Shown piece by piece: positions 40,829-54,200 of a DNA stretch of 64,000 nucleotides. A program made the translations under genes and the position numbers. Within the stretch, counting starts at the first letter, position 1, and the number at the start of each line of letters is the position of its first letter. This DNA comes from Lingula anatina. Lineage: Eukaryota; Animalia; Brachiopoda. The notes under the pieces are model-generated. The model searched no databases. It was given only the letters and a program-made list of their open reading frames with translations, and was not told the DNA's origin. The DNA is taken from positions 2,418,001 through 2,482,000 of the forward strand of contig CM120643.1 in assembly GCA_051362555.1 (NCBI GenBank), written 5' to 3'.

Positions 40829-43496
40829 CCAATAGAAGTGAACCTCAACTTGACATTCTTGAATGCGATTTCCCATCAGCCCACGATAACCTCAACATAA
40901 TTAAGGCACGGGTTCGTGACTACATATAGACTTAATGAAACAAGAAGCGAATAACTGGAGGAGAGGAATGACAGTGCTTTGAAAGACCCTTTGTTTTTCT
41001 TACTATTTCTATTTTTAGTAGACATTGGTGTCGCTTTACATCCTTGATGAATTTCACTGAACCATTCAAAACTTGATATAGAACTAAGTGGACATCCAAA
41101 CAAAGCACGTAACCGTTTACTTGTTACACATTTGTGAGAATTTGGAATTTGGAACTCGAAAAAAAATTAAACTCGTCAAGCATACTCAAAATGCATGGTG
41201 GACGCTAGAAAAAATCAATAATTGAATGTTTCAATCCAAAATACTGGATACTGTCTCTTCTGTCGTCCATGCAAGTAGAAACCAACCGAAAGCGAGCTAC
41301 GCCTTTTGTCTTAATTAATTTGCGGCACGAAATGTCGATTGTCATTCAAAAGTCACGCTTTGTCTCCGGACACACAAACACCCTGAAATTATCACGAATT
41401 TCCAGTTTTCATGAAACATTATTGTTAACTTTGCTGTCACCAGAAACCATTTGTTGCATTTCAAAAGACCATGGAGGCCTACACAAAATTTGAGCACGCT
41501 TTCCATTCAGCGTAATGGCTAATATTCCTGCACAAAATGTACATATCCATAATTGAATTTCCAGAGACCTGCATTGTCTTCAGAGACAACACAGCCGACC
41601 AGCGTTCCGCTTTTCATGATATTGAAGCGGAAGCTTCACGTAACCGCAAATTAATCTGATTTCAGTAACAGTTAACCGAACGCCAATGGAGAAGATGTCG
41701 CTTTCAAAGACAGCGAGAGGAAGCGTGGGATAAGCCGGGATTTGAATTAGTGGGAAGACAAGCGTTCCTCCAATGCATTACCGTGTATAATGGGACGGGT
41801 ATTAAAGGGATCGTGCCTAGCAGTATCATAGATCCTTTTGTCGAAACAGATTCTTAAAAAAAGCTTCCATAAGCCTATTAAACTCAGAAAGCTTGTTAGT
41901 TGAGGTCAGCTTAGCGGAGCCCGTTTTAAGTCGTTCTAAGAACGTCAAGCCCACTTTAAAGTGGTTGACTTAATTCCATTAGTCGGCTAAATAAATCCCC
42001 GGAGGATACAAACCTCTATATCCACGCAATTAAAGGGTTTTATTTTCTTACCAAAAGATAAAATAAATAACTTTATAATTACAGATTTTGTAAAACGTAC
42101 CTCACGCGACCAATATAATTAAAGTAGATATCTAAGCTTAGACAGTTTATAGCCTACGTATCGTTGCTTTGTGTGAAAGAGCATTATAGGCCTCGTGGTT
42201 TTTGCCTTGTTTTCTCTTTCCACAATTTGAAATGCGTGCACTATTTGTTTGGAATTATATTCTAAATGTAGATACTTCTGGCGCACACATAATGTTTATA
42301 TCATTTATCAACATTATTCAATGTTTATTATTAATATGCTTTATTTATTTTTATTAATCATCGGCTAAATTTCGAACAACAGATCATATTTCTTACATCA
42401 GCTTAAATCAAGGAGACATAAAGCCGGTTTCTTTCCTAAGGGAACATATATACCCAGTACATGTAGATTTGCATTGGCCACACAATTGAGAAGAACTTAC
42501 GCATATGCAAGGCAACAGACATGATTTATCTGAAGTATTCTGTTTTAATGACAGTGGACTTTAAGCACACCAAAGTAATAGCATTTTTGTCATATTTTGT
42601 CATAACGAATATTCATTCCCATGTAAAACACACCAAATGATAAAATGCGAAAAAAAAAGATATGGATGAGATAAGATGGGGATAAGATCAAGTGTACGTA
42701 ATGTCCGCGGAGTAGTACTGCTCTGTTTCGGTCCTATAGTGATTTTCTTTCCACTTATTAAAGATGGGACTTATATTATTAAAATGCTGGTGGCAAACAC
42801 TTGTACAAATATATGGTTTTTTGAACAGGGTGTCTATCCTTCTTTTCTCAGATGGCTATAAACCTCTGTTAAGGTAAGAGAAGGTTTGTAGTTGGTGCAA
42901 TCATTTGATCAACAGCATGTATTGAATATGTGTAACGGTTCACAACAAAGTACACTTTTCTTTGTTCTTATTCTTGTTTATTCAATACCATTGTGCTGCA
43001 AAGATATATAGAGCGATGAGCAAATAAGAATGCGATCATCATAATAATCTTATTCATAGCTATAATCTTACTATATGATAACTATAATAATGATAATATT
43101 AATAAAAGAATTAAACTATTGACCACGTACCTGTAAAGATATACAGAGCGATGAGTAAATAAGAATGACAGAAAAGGGCGGCGACGATATTTATAAACGA
43201 CGAAAGGCGGGAAGATGACCAATGGGAATGAGAAAGTAAGATGACGCCCACGTGACAAAACGAAAGACGAACACCAGTGAAGACAATACATTCATACGGC
43301 TACATATGTATAATGTTGCTTTCATGGAATCTTTCCATGTATAGTATTCTAGGATTTCTGCTGTTTCAATTCCTTTTAAATCAATTGTGAAGTGTTCTAC
43401 CACGGATGACTATGAGTAATATGTTACCACCCCTTGCGTCACCCTCATAATTGAAGTACAAGACACCGCTTTTCGCGGAGTTGTACCGTACATTAA

Positions 43497-43670
43497 GGCC
43501 CCATTCAGAATACGGGATTAACTAGTCCGAGGATGAAATATGGCCGACCCACTTGAATACTTCCCCACGGGATATCTATTCGGTGTCTATTTGCGGATTG
43601 GACGGCAAGCTTTGCAGTTGGTCGCCATATTTGATCCTCGGACTAGTAAGTCCCTATTCTGAATAGGGCC
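43497..43670. mobile_element. MITE family E
   Basis: GGCCCCATTCAGAATA ... TATTCTGAATAGGGCC, opposite orientation to 40657. Confidence 0.8.
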
Positions 43671-44285
43671 ATACTCGGCCAAAAAATACAATTGTACAAT
43701 ACAAACAAAAGAGGAATAACCCTTGCAACTGAAAACATGTTTGTTCTGAGACTCGCACCGACGTTAATTGTGTGTACGAGCTTTGCCTTTCAGAGCTTGG
43801 CTATTTTGAGAAGTGTCATAAAGAAATGCATGCCAAACGACGTGTATTGCCTCCTACATCGCCATTATGTTTTTCATTACTTGTCATGAGAGAAGCTGCT
43901 GCTCAAAGAAATTACTTTGTCATCCATCGACAAATTCAACAGCTCACATGCAGACTTTTTTATGGTGCGTACCAATTAAAGACAAAACGAGTCTTCTCGA
44001 CCAATTCTCAAAAAGTCATCTAGCCGAAATAGCATCAATTATATGTCTATCCCAATGCTGCCCACACTGGCGGATCCAGATATATTTTCTGACAGTCTTC
44101 CAAATTATCTTTGATGATCCATCCTCATTTTTGACCGTCTTCCGAGAGAAAAAGTTAGATCTATATAAAATCTTGAAAAGACTTGAAATTCTGACTATCT
44201 TCCGGAAGACCCAGAAGACGGCCTAAATCCGGCCCTGGCCCATTCTGCTAAGAAGGAATGCGACTACTGATAGAGCTACATGTAG
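43670..44285 (+). repeat. Local segmental duplication, copy 1 (carries a MITE A insertion)
   Basis: CATACTCGGCC...GAATAACCCTTGCA...CATTCTGCTAAGAAGGAA collinear with 45205-45645. Confidence 0.85.
44065..44237 (+). mobile_element. MITE family A, 5-bp TSD GCCCA
   Basis: CACTGGCGGATCCAG ... TAAATCCGGCCCTG flanked by GCCCA/GCCCA; empty site in the paralog near 45600. Confidence 0.9.
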
Positions 44286-44848
44286 ATAAGCTCAACTATC
44301 TGTGATGACCGTACTAAAGTGATGTTCTGTTTCAGACCTATAGTAATTTTGTAGCCGCTTATCAAAAAATCCCCTCGGAGATGGACCGGTGAAACTAGAT
44401 CAATCTAGGTATGGGAATGGGGTCTAAGACTGGCCCAACCATGCTTGAAAGCACTCGGTATTCCCTCAGCTGAGGCGCGTATGTAGGCATCCATGCCCCT
44501 GTCGCGGTATAACGGACACGCTGCGTCCGTGTGTCAATGGCCTTTACGGGGCTGTTGGGGTGTGAAATGATAACTATACCGCGTAAATACAACACTTCGC
44601 TGGCGTGAACTGTGTTTTATTTCTTCACAAGTGCCCTCACCAGAAAATCAATGTAAAAGTCATTTTTTAATTAGAGAAAAATGTAAACATGGATTATGCA
44701 TTCAGCAGACTAATCTTTTGCGTGAATGGCGTGTATTAACACGTGCACGTAACAAAACATACAAATGCACACGCGCCCACGCCACAACACAGGTGGGTTG
44801 GTGGGAGACAGTTAGACACAGAGGTGAGCAAGTACAGACATATATAGG

Positions 44849-45050
44849 AGGGACGGACCCAGCATTATTAGAAGGTGGTCTGTGGATGCGAAGCCCCCCC
44901 CCCCCCCACACACACACACACACACACACATCCACACACACACTTCACGTGGGGTCGGGACCTGATGAAGGGCCCCGAAAAAAAGTTTGGTATTAAAGAG
45001 GGCGAGCGGTGCCATTTGGTGCGCTTTAGAACAATGATTAGGCAAGTCAA
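44849..45050 (-). mobile_element. MITE family B, partial reverse copy
   Basis: GGATGCGA and GGCGAGCGGTGCCATTTGGTGCGCTTTAGAAC are reverse complements of family B internals. Confidence 0.55.
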
Positions 45051-45204
45051 AAGTGTAATGTCAAGAGGAGACCAGATATGAATCTAAATACGCCAGTTTA
45101 AAGAAGGACAGACGCAGGGTCGAAGAGGCATGAGCGCACGCACATACGCACGCATTCAGGTGTCTGTAGTGGTAGGAAAGCAAACGGGCATCAAAGCAGA
45201 CAGA

Positions 45205-45645
45205 CATACTCGGCCAAGAAAACGAATGCACAGCACAAACAAAAGAAGAATAACCCTTGCACCTCAAAACCTTTCTGTTCTAAGACTGGCACGTCGCTAA
45301 TCGTGTTTACGAGTTTTGCCTTTCAGAGCTCGGCTATTTTGAGAACTGTCATAAAGAAATATCCATGCCAAACGACGCGTATTGCCTCCTACCTCAACAT
45401 CATGTTTTTCATTACTTGTCATAAAAGTAGCTGCTGCTCAAAGAAAATACTTTATCATCCATCGACAATGTCAACAGCTCACATGCAGACTTTTTATGGC
45501 GCGTACTAATTAAAGATAAACCGAGTCTTCTCGACCATTCTCGAAAGTCGTCTAACTGTATATTGCATCAGTTAAATGTCTATCCACATGCCCAATGCTG
45601 TCCATTCTGCTAAGAAGGAAAGCGACTACTGGAAGGGCTAGATAA
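45205..45645 (+). repeat. Local segmental duplication, copy 2 (empty site)
   Basis: Collinear with 43670-44285 but lacks the 173-bp MITE. Confidence 0.85.
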
Positions 45646-48600
45646 AGGCTTTAATCAGACGGCCCATAGAGATGGGTTGTACCGAGCCTGGCCGACCTAT
45701 CTTCAACGTAAACGCACCATATAATTGCGTCATCGGAGTTGTTGACAGTGCAGATTATATCACGGTATGAATTGCACTCATTCCTGTATATTATTGGAAC
45801 AATAAAAACAGAAAACAGAAAACAGAAAAAATCTCAGGTCCAGCACGTCAACTTACAGAACGTCATGCCAAAAAATCAAACACCAATTACTATCTTATTA
45901 TAATATATCTGTTTGTCATTGTTATTATCTGGTCGTTATCAGTGTTGATAGCAAACTTATGCTTTGTGGAACATACTACATGTACATACAGCCTAAGTCC
46001 CTGGATCGATCTCTGTGGCACGATAGTTACATTGGAAATGGGCCTTTACAAAACTCCATACTATGAAATCAGGGCCCATATTATTTGCTATGCTATTATC
46101 ATGTGATTATTAATATTATTTAATTATACGATTTCGCACGATCACCGCCCACCTCCGCAAAGACGCGGCGCGGTAAGGATTCACATACGTACGGGCACCG
46201 CGTTGCACATGTACTGTACATGTAATATAGGTTTTTAAAATTCTAAAATCCTTCAAACTTGATGGCATTCTTGCCAAGTGTCTTTTAGCGGGATACATGG
46301 AAAAAGGAATAGTGTCCTGATTTCAGTATAGAAAATAATTGAAAAGCTTTGCTGTGACCCTGCAATCAAAGTCATCGTTACGCTACGTGACAAAGGGCAG
46401 AAGAAATAAATTGTTATAGCTTTAAGGAATAAGCGCTGTCCAATTAAGTGTCTTCAAGTTGCAGTGTGCTGAAAAGTTGCTCGAAGGTGCGCGGCTTGTA
46501 CCCACGTAACTTATTCTAGAAGGTGTGTAATAGCCACAGGGTATAATTATAGAGGCATTTGTTCGACTGTTTACAACTCATTAATAGCGAGTCATTGCTT
46601 GATTTAGTGAGAGATAGCATAATGAGATGATAATGAACACTTAATGTGAATTAGTTGCCTGCAGATCTGTATATTTAGGTGTTAAGAAGACGCCTACCAT
46701 AACACTCATACCCGAGACATCATCATCAATGATATCGGTATCTTCAAAACATTGTCATCAGAGATACCGGCATGACAGGTAAAACTGCACGTGCAGACGA
46801 TATCTAGTGGCGTTCCCACCCCACAGGCATGGGACTTAAGGTCACACGTTTCTGTACAGCACGATTCTATGAAATTTTCTTGGGTGTATAGCAACATTTT
46901 TCTTTTCTTTTCTCATTGCCAATGTATATTACGTACAACAACGTCGGTCAAACTTACTATCTATGAATCGGTTTCTGAGTTATAAATTTCCACTTTTTGA
47001 GTTTATCGTGTGTTGGATGTTTGTGAATTCCACTTTTAATTTTTTAAAAGAATTACATATTAAGAACTCAGAAATTTGTTTCATGAAAATAGAAGATGCT
47101 TTGCACAACGGTTGCGGATAACGTGTGCCTTACTGATAAAGGAAATTACTAAAATTACCAGGAAAACTCAAACTGGCCATTGCATTTAGCATGCACTTTG
47201 ATGTCATCAATAGACCTCCATGAAATCCTGGGAGACAACTGAAAGAAAATGTCATCGACTTTGTTGTCTGTCGGCATGCGATCTATGTCGTTTTATTTTA
47301 TTATATGCATACCACCTTCCCCGTATATATGAACTAGTTGACCTAAGAAAAGGCAAAAATCACTCGTGTTTTGCATTTTATTCTCCATATGCATGTTACT
47401 ACCCCTGATGGTCTGTTGTTGTAAAGTACTCTGCAAGTCTGTTTACACTCAATGTACTTTAACGGTGCACTGTATTTTTCTAGACACTAATTAATCAAAG
47501 AAGAATGAAGTTCTCAAGGTTGAAGATGATCAAAACACCTCAACTGTTTCTCAATTATTTCATAAGAGTGTTTTGATGAAGAAAATCCGGACTTGGCTTG
47601 TCTAATGGTATCGATCGCTGTCAAAGGTAATGGAGAAACGTCGGTTTATAATTAGAACAATATATGTCAACATGCGCCTTTCCGGAGCAGGGTCACTGCT
47701 CATTAACTACCTTAACCGAAGCTACCACGCAAGATTCCAGGAACAATCCTCAGAGGATCGAACTAAACGGCTGTCAACGGCAGAGCCGTTAGAACTTTTC
47801 GATAAGCCAGCCAAATTACTCAACCGCTCGCGTTTTCCAGTAGGTTACACATAATCCTTCGCCTCCCGTGGTTGCATAATGTCGCCAAATATTTTCTTAG
47901 CAGTTGGGAGTAGGTTAACCAATAAAAGATGGGTTCCTCAGATTAATTTTCTACGGATTGTAATATTTGTAAACACCTGTCGCTGAAGAAATGGAGATGT
48001 CCAATTAGAGCAAAACGGGTGCTGGCTTTCACATTTTTCATACCATGGGGTGATATGAACACATTTTTTCATTTGCTGCAACATTTTTATTCTAAAAGCT
48101 ATCAACAACATAAATGCCTCTCTTAAAGGGATTTAAGATAGTTAAAAAACTTTTTTCTTAGAATACTATGGCCAGGCCAATTTACAATAGGTCTCTTTCA
48201 GCATTTATCCCTTTTTCTTATTATTCTAGATCAATATTTGTGGTTGGAGGATAACAGCGCCCATAGCAGTGCTCACGCGGTTTTAAGAAATTAATTAACT
48301 GCTACGTTATTGCTATTGTTTATTACTATTATTATTGCTATTATCATTATTACCATCACCATCATCTAGTTGGTTGAAATATCTTGTGTGTCACATGAAC
48401 AACATGAAACCTCGCGTTTCATTAAATTGTCTGTACATTATTCTGTACCTTCAATCTGCAACAGTATAACAGCAGTTACCAGCTTGTAATTGTGGTATAA
48501 TTGAGTCTGTGGTTTCATGTTTCGTGGGATTCATTTGATTAAAGTGCACAGCTTTTCTCATGGGAGATGTTTATGGTCTTATTTGGTTTCTTCGAAAACC

Positions 48601-49130
48601 TCATTGTGTACCAGTAATTATGTTTTCCCGACACGTTCATTTAAAAAACACTTAAAAACGTTTTTCATTCGAAGAAGCATTTGCAGCACTGATTTGATTG
48701 AGAAATGAAATTGGTTCCGACATTTAGGCAAACAGTAAACTCCGCTTTATCACAATAAGACGTGTTCTTCGTATTGTCCGCCATGCATTGTAACATACTA
48801 GAAACCGAGTAGAGACCAAAGTCCCATCCACGTCAAACACGAAAACACATTGACTTCCGAATTGCTTTTTTCCTCTTACGAATCTTACCAATTTTCTATT
48901 TATGTGTGTCACATTTCCATTTTTTCTTTTTTGCCAAGCATTTAAGTAAAACTTTGGGAGGCACAATTACAACAGTTAAATGGTCGCCCGTAAACAAGGT
49001 TTTAGAGCGAGGGTTTTTTCTGCAAAGGGGACATTTTCACACAACTTGAAAAATTATGATATAGAAAAAAGTCAGTTTGATTTAGGGCAGACCTTTTCTG
49101 TCACTGTTTCCGTCTAACTCACATAACCAT

Positions 49131-49310
49131 CCACCCCACCTCCACACCCAGCCCCAGCCCCACCCCCACCACCACCCCCACCCCCACCACCAGCCCCACC
49201 CCCACCACCAGCCCCACCCCCAGCCCCACCACCAACACCACCCCCACCCCCACCACCACCCCCACCCCCACCACCAGCCCCACCCCCAGCCCCACCACCA
49301 CCACCACCCC
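49131..49310. repeat. (CCACCC/CCAGCC/CCA)n C-rich simple repeat
   Basis: Many GGG(G) runs on the minus strand; G-quadruplex-prone. Confidence 0.9.
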
Positions 49311-49363
49311 TGCATTTCAGTCTTAGGGGTTTAATCATGGGGAATATGGCCACCTGTTAAAAA

Positions 49364-49614
49364 GTCGCATTCACAACAAATGGTCCTCGGATCAACTGGT
49401 CCGCAGATCAAAAATGGCGGACCCTACATGAAAACAATACCGCCTAATCCCTCTCCGCTTCCACCCAACTTCCCTGCACGGGTCTGGCAGTTAAACTTCG
49501 AAGCCAAAACTTAAATCGTGTGGAGACGGGGAGACCATTAAATGATTAGAAGGTCTTGCTGTCATGTAGTGTCCGCCATATTTGATCCGAGGACCATCTG
49601 TTCCGAATGTCACC
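49364..49614. mobile_element. Diverged family E MITE
   Basis: CATTCACAACAAATGGTCCTCGGATCAA / TTGATCCGAGGACCATCTGTTCCGAATG inverted arms. Confidence 0.65.
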
Positions 49615-52600
49615 TTTAAAGAAAACTGAGGACAAATAGGTACACATCGAGCGGGAGGAATGAGTAAGCGATGAGCATTAACCACGAGGAAGAGATTTAA
49701 TTATGCAGAGAAAATGCTTTAAGATGATTAGACTTTACACGAATGGTTGAACAGCAATTACCCCATACTTCGTCCAGTGATTCTACACTTGGGAACGCTG
49801 AATAAAAATAATACTATGTTAAATCTGTATCATCCTAGTTATTGTGCTTTATAGACAAAACATACAGGAATTCAATAATGCTGATATTTTGTATTAAAGC
49901 GACTTCAATCTAAATATATACATATTTTATGGTTAATAAAAGTTAGTGGCATAGTTTTTGTTAAAAGCTTCCTGGTAAGCACTTGTAGGCGGTTTGAAGG
50001 TGGGATAAGTTGCGATAATTTGATGTTCTCTCTCTCACTCCCTCTCATTCACACACACACACACACACACTCACACACACACACAAACGGTCGCGCGTAT
50101 TATTAGGTTAAAAACTACCATACGTATGTACAACAAAGTACCTGTAAAACCAAAGTTTTTTAATTGAGAAGATTTACAAAAGCACATCTTATTAGACGGT
50201 TAAGCAGTGTGATAGCACTTCCTCCATTTCACGACTCCTAATTTGCCCCTTAATTCTTTCTTTTCTCTGATGTGAGTGTCAAGATTTAAGACCAGTTTAT
50301 GCAGAGACTAACATATGTAGTAGAAAGTTTGGCAGGTATTTCCTGATATGCATATCTACTCAAGGCCTGTGTTACTGTCAAGTGCCTTATCCACTTTGGA
50401 TGTGTTCAATAAGACTGTGACGCGTGAAGGCAATATCAGAGACGGAAGTTTCTAGAATCTGTCTCTCACCCCCCTCCCTTTTCCCATTATCCTACTGTAT
50501 TGACTCAGAACATAGCTTTAATTTATTATACAATCAAATGTGCTGCATTAATAAAAACCTTACGGGGATGTGGTTTAGTGATTCAATGATTCCCTGGATA
50601 TGAAGAGTTTTGTTAAAAGCTTCCCGTTAGACCCAGATTTTGTTTTTGACTTAATGGTATGGAATACTCTTATACTCTATTCTGTATCTCTCCTTCCCTC
50701 TTCCCTTCTTCGCTCCCTCACTCCGTCGTTTCTTTTGGATATAAGTTTGACTCTCCTATGATGTTTTGTTTTTTATGAAAAGGTAAATAAATTTAACGAA
50801 GTAAATGATCAAATGACTTCCATCAGCCTGCGAGATTTAATCAACTAAGAACCCCAAACAACTGAGGCGTCCGGGCTTTTAAGGTGGGATGCAGAAAAGG
50901 TTCGTCACGTTTCTCTTTAAAATAATTGCGACATTAATGGGATTGGACTTTAAAAAAAGAAGTAAACTGATTTTATGAATGGAAAAGTGCACAATCTCAA
51001 TTTGAGAGCGATTTGGGGGTTATTTGCTGAAGGTGGGACCAATTGAACGCAGGCTTATTTATAGAATCGCTCTCTGGCGACATGTTTCACGATCAACACT
51101 TCTTGAAGAATTCCGTGAAAACGTTATGACATTTATACAGGCTATAGGCACTTTGAATATTAAAGAGGTCGTGTAGCATGCTTGTCCTGTCAGGATGGAA
51201 GACGATACCTCTTCATGATGGATCAGATTTATTGTCTTGGTGACAATGTTGTCCTTTTTATCTCGACAAAATCAAATACAACAGGAGAAGCAAGTCTCAG
51301 TGTCAGCTACCTGCGCGTGATCACTTCATGCAAAGTTTTTTTTTTTTTTTTTTTGAAAAAAATCCAGTGTCACGAGGAGACGTTTTAACTTTGCTTTTAG
51401 TTGTTATAATGACCTATAGGCAGAGATTACTCATACTTTCGGCTTGAGAGCTAGAACCAAAAATAAGCTATGCCCAGGAAGCGTGGGTTTCTTTTGTTGT
51501 TGCACAGATAAAATAGCCAATTGTGGTTATTGTATTTACAATTAATTCAAAATGATCACTCAAGTAGAAAAAAAGGGACCGCCCCGTTATTGTCCACTCA
51601 AAGTGGGCACGCTCTGCACTAAGGCACCGTTCAGATAATCTTATCTTTTTCATATTTATTCCTCGAACCGGAAACTAACTCTTTTAGTGTAGTACCGTGC
51701 TATACCAGTCCAAAGAAATCAAAACTAAATCATTAATATATAGAAAACATCTTATCTGAAACGCTGGTATAATTTGAGGTAATTTAGGCATTTAGGATGT
51801 TCATTGTGAGCAGACGACACCTTGTGAAGGTTATCTTGGTCAACATGGCTTGCCGTGGATGCTTTAACTCCAGTATGCCTCTGCGGTTGTTTTGAAGGAA
51901 ATGTCCTTGAATAGAAATCATGACTTGTAAGTAGCACACACTCTGATGTCAATGCTGTCTAGCAATTCTTCTAAAATTGACGGTAACCACAAAGATTATT
52001 TGCCAAACACTTCATCTGACCGCGTCATGGCGACGGCTTTATAGCTAGATCATAATGACCTGCTCTCTGGCAGATAAACAATTCTCTATCATTTTCTCTC
52101 CTGGTGTCTCTCTCTATCAGAGTCTTGCAATGCAAAGCAAAGGCATGAAAAACCATTTTGGGTGGGTTTACTGGAATGCAGACGTGTGTAAACAGACATG
52201 AATAATGTGTCCTGTGTGTGTGTACTACTGCTCCCGCCCAACGTCAAATTCTTCAAATCAAAATAACGCAAAATATAGCAAAATCACGGAATTTACGGCT
52301 GACTTGGAGTGGTTGAATCCCTTTAAAGTTTGTTACATTGTGTGTGTACATGATTATTAGAGTCTTACCACGCCCCCTCCTTTTTTGTACAGAATTTAAA
52401 AGTGAAGTAAAATTTAAGGATTATCCCTATCAACCTTTATCCAGTCCAAGTCGTCTAATCATGTTCCCGAATCTTGCATTTATTTCCTGGGCTCTTTTCT
52501 TGTTGTTGTGGTTTGCTAGCGCTGATAGGACTAAAAGTTGATCAAGGTCGGTTGTTATTTGTGTTTTTTAAAAATTGGTTCAGTTACAGATATCTCCCAA

Positions 52601-54028
52601 TTAATAACTATGAAATCGTTGTGATTGTTTCCTCAAGGTCACTCCGACGTTCTTATTATGAGAAGTCGGGTCCTGAGACGTGATAATTAACATACACAAA
52701 AAGATGGTGAAAATTGCATTTGAAGAAAATTTTGTTTCTTTGTGGATGTTTCGCGTTTTCTGGAGCTTGATTTCTGTAATTTTATTCATTAGTTTTTCCT
52801 GTTGTCAAATAGCACATGTAGGTGTGGTTAACCGCAACAACCAGGAAAACCTTTATCTCTGCAGAAAATGGAAGAAAATTGAGCAAAACTAGCATCATAG
52901 AACCAGTGATTTGTTGGCTTTGAGCAATTTTGTTTCAAGGTATGATTGTTTTTTTTTTTCGTCTCTACAAGAGAGTGGTCTTCAATGGTTGTTTGGGCTA
53001 GAAAGTAAAAATGCTTGCCACTGCTTGTTGACCATGCTCCTCTTACTAAGTACCCGTAAGTTCTCGATTCAAAAATAACGAACAGTTTTGATGTCATGTT
53101 TGTGGTAATATCTTTTTACAAGCTGGAAAATGTCGCGTTAGTTCAATATTGGCTGCGGTTCTTTCTACTTGCTGTCTCGTCGTGAAACCAGGAGGTAGAC
53201 CTCGTGGTTGCACATCCACGTAAACACCGTAAAAAATCGAGATTTTATCCACCTTGGACACATGTCGGCTAATACCAACTGGGAGAAAACCAATATCACC
53301 ACAATGTAAAAGCGACAATTATGTAATATATGTGACGCATTTCCCGTTTCCTGTTTCCCTTCAAATTAAAGTGTTTTTCAACAAACAAAAATATTTTGTT
53401 GCACAAGATATTCAGGATCAAAGTCTTCAGGTAATTGACCCACGCCAAACTAGCACGCTATCCAGAGGGAAAAGGAAAAAGACGCCCCGTCGCTTCCAAC
53501 AACCGAAACCAAGGGAAGCAAGAGTCGCTGAAATTCCCGGTAGATTGGCCGCCGTGGAGCGTTTATGTTACTCTATACGTTTTCTTATTTGGGAATATTA
53601 CGTATTTATTTTGTTGTCTTGGATGGTTTTATATCAGCAACTGAAATGGCATTGATCATAGCACATTACCACGGAAACAAGTATCCCTTATACTGTATAC
53701 CTATACAAAGATTTGGTTTACAAAATTCAACAAAAGATTGCAATCATTTTAATACATGTTCAGCTATTCAAACACACAAGAAAAATAATCGATGGCCAAA
53801 GCGGAAAGCGAACATTTTACAACAGAGACGGGAAGCAATCTGTAGCGTTAAAATCAATTACGTTTAGACTAGTACAATAGACTATATTCGGCGAAAGTTG
53901 TGACACCTTTTTATAGTTTTATTCCTTTTTACCTTGACCCCTCATAAGCTAATCATTTTTTTTTTTCCTAAATCCCTTTGTGTCTATTCCCCTAGAAAAA
54001 TTTTTTGGACTTTTAACGTTCTGCGGAA

Positions 54029-54200
54029 GGTGTAACAGGAATGCAAGTCCGCTAGGAACCGTAGTCCGTTCTCCATTACTTTGTACAGGTGACACTCGTC
54101 CCATATATTAACCCCAATACTCCAACAAACCCTAACCTAGCTGTACTTATCATATGGGAGCCTGGACTTCCATTCCTGTGACTTCCATTCCTGTTACACC
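54029..54200 (+). mobile_element. MITE family D
   Basis: TIR GGTGTAACAGGAATG / CATTCCTGTTACACC. Confidence 0.8.

Noticed and set aside
42853-42872. Micro-exon-like CTCAG|ATGGC...TAAG|GTAAGA in the long intron
   Set aside because: Would not preserve the phase-1 reading frame, and its own ATG frame stops at once
53254-53655. 133-aa ORF in the long intron
   Set aside because: No recognisable domain, TTG start, and its candidate donor is phase 0, incompatible with the downstream exon
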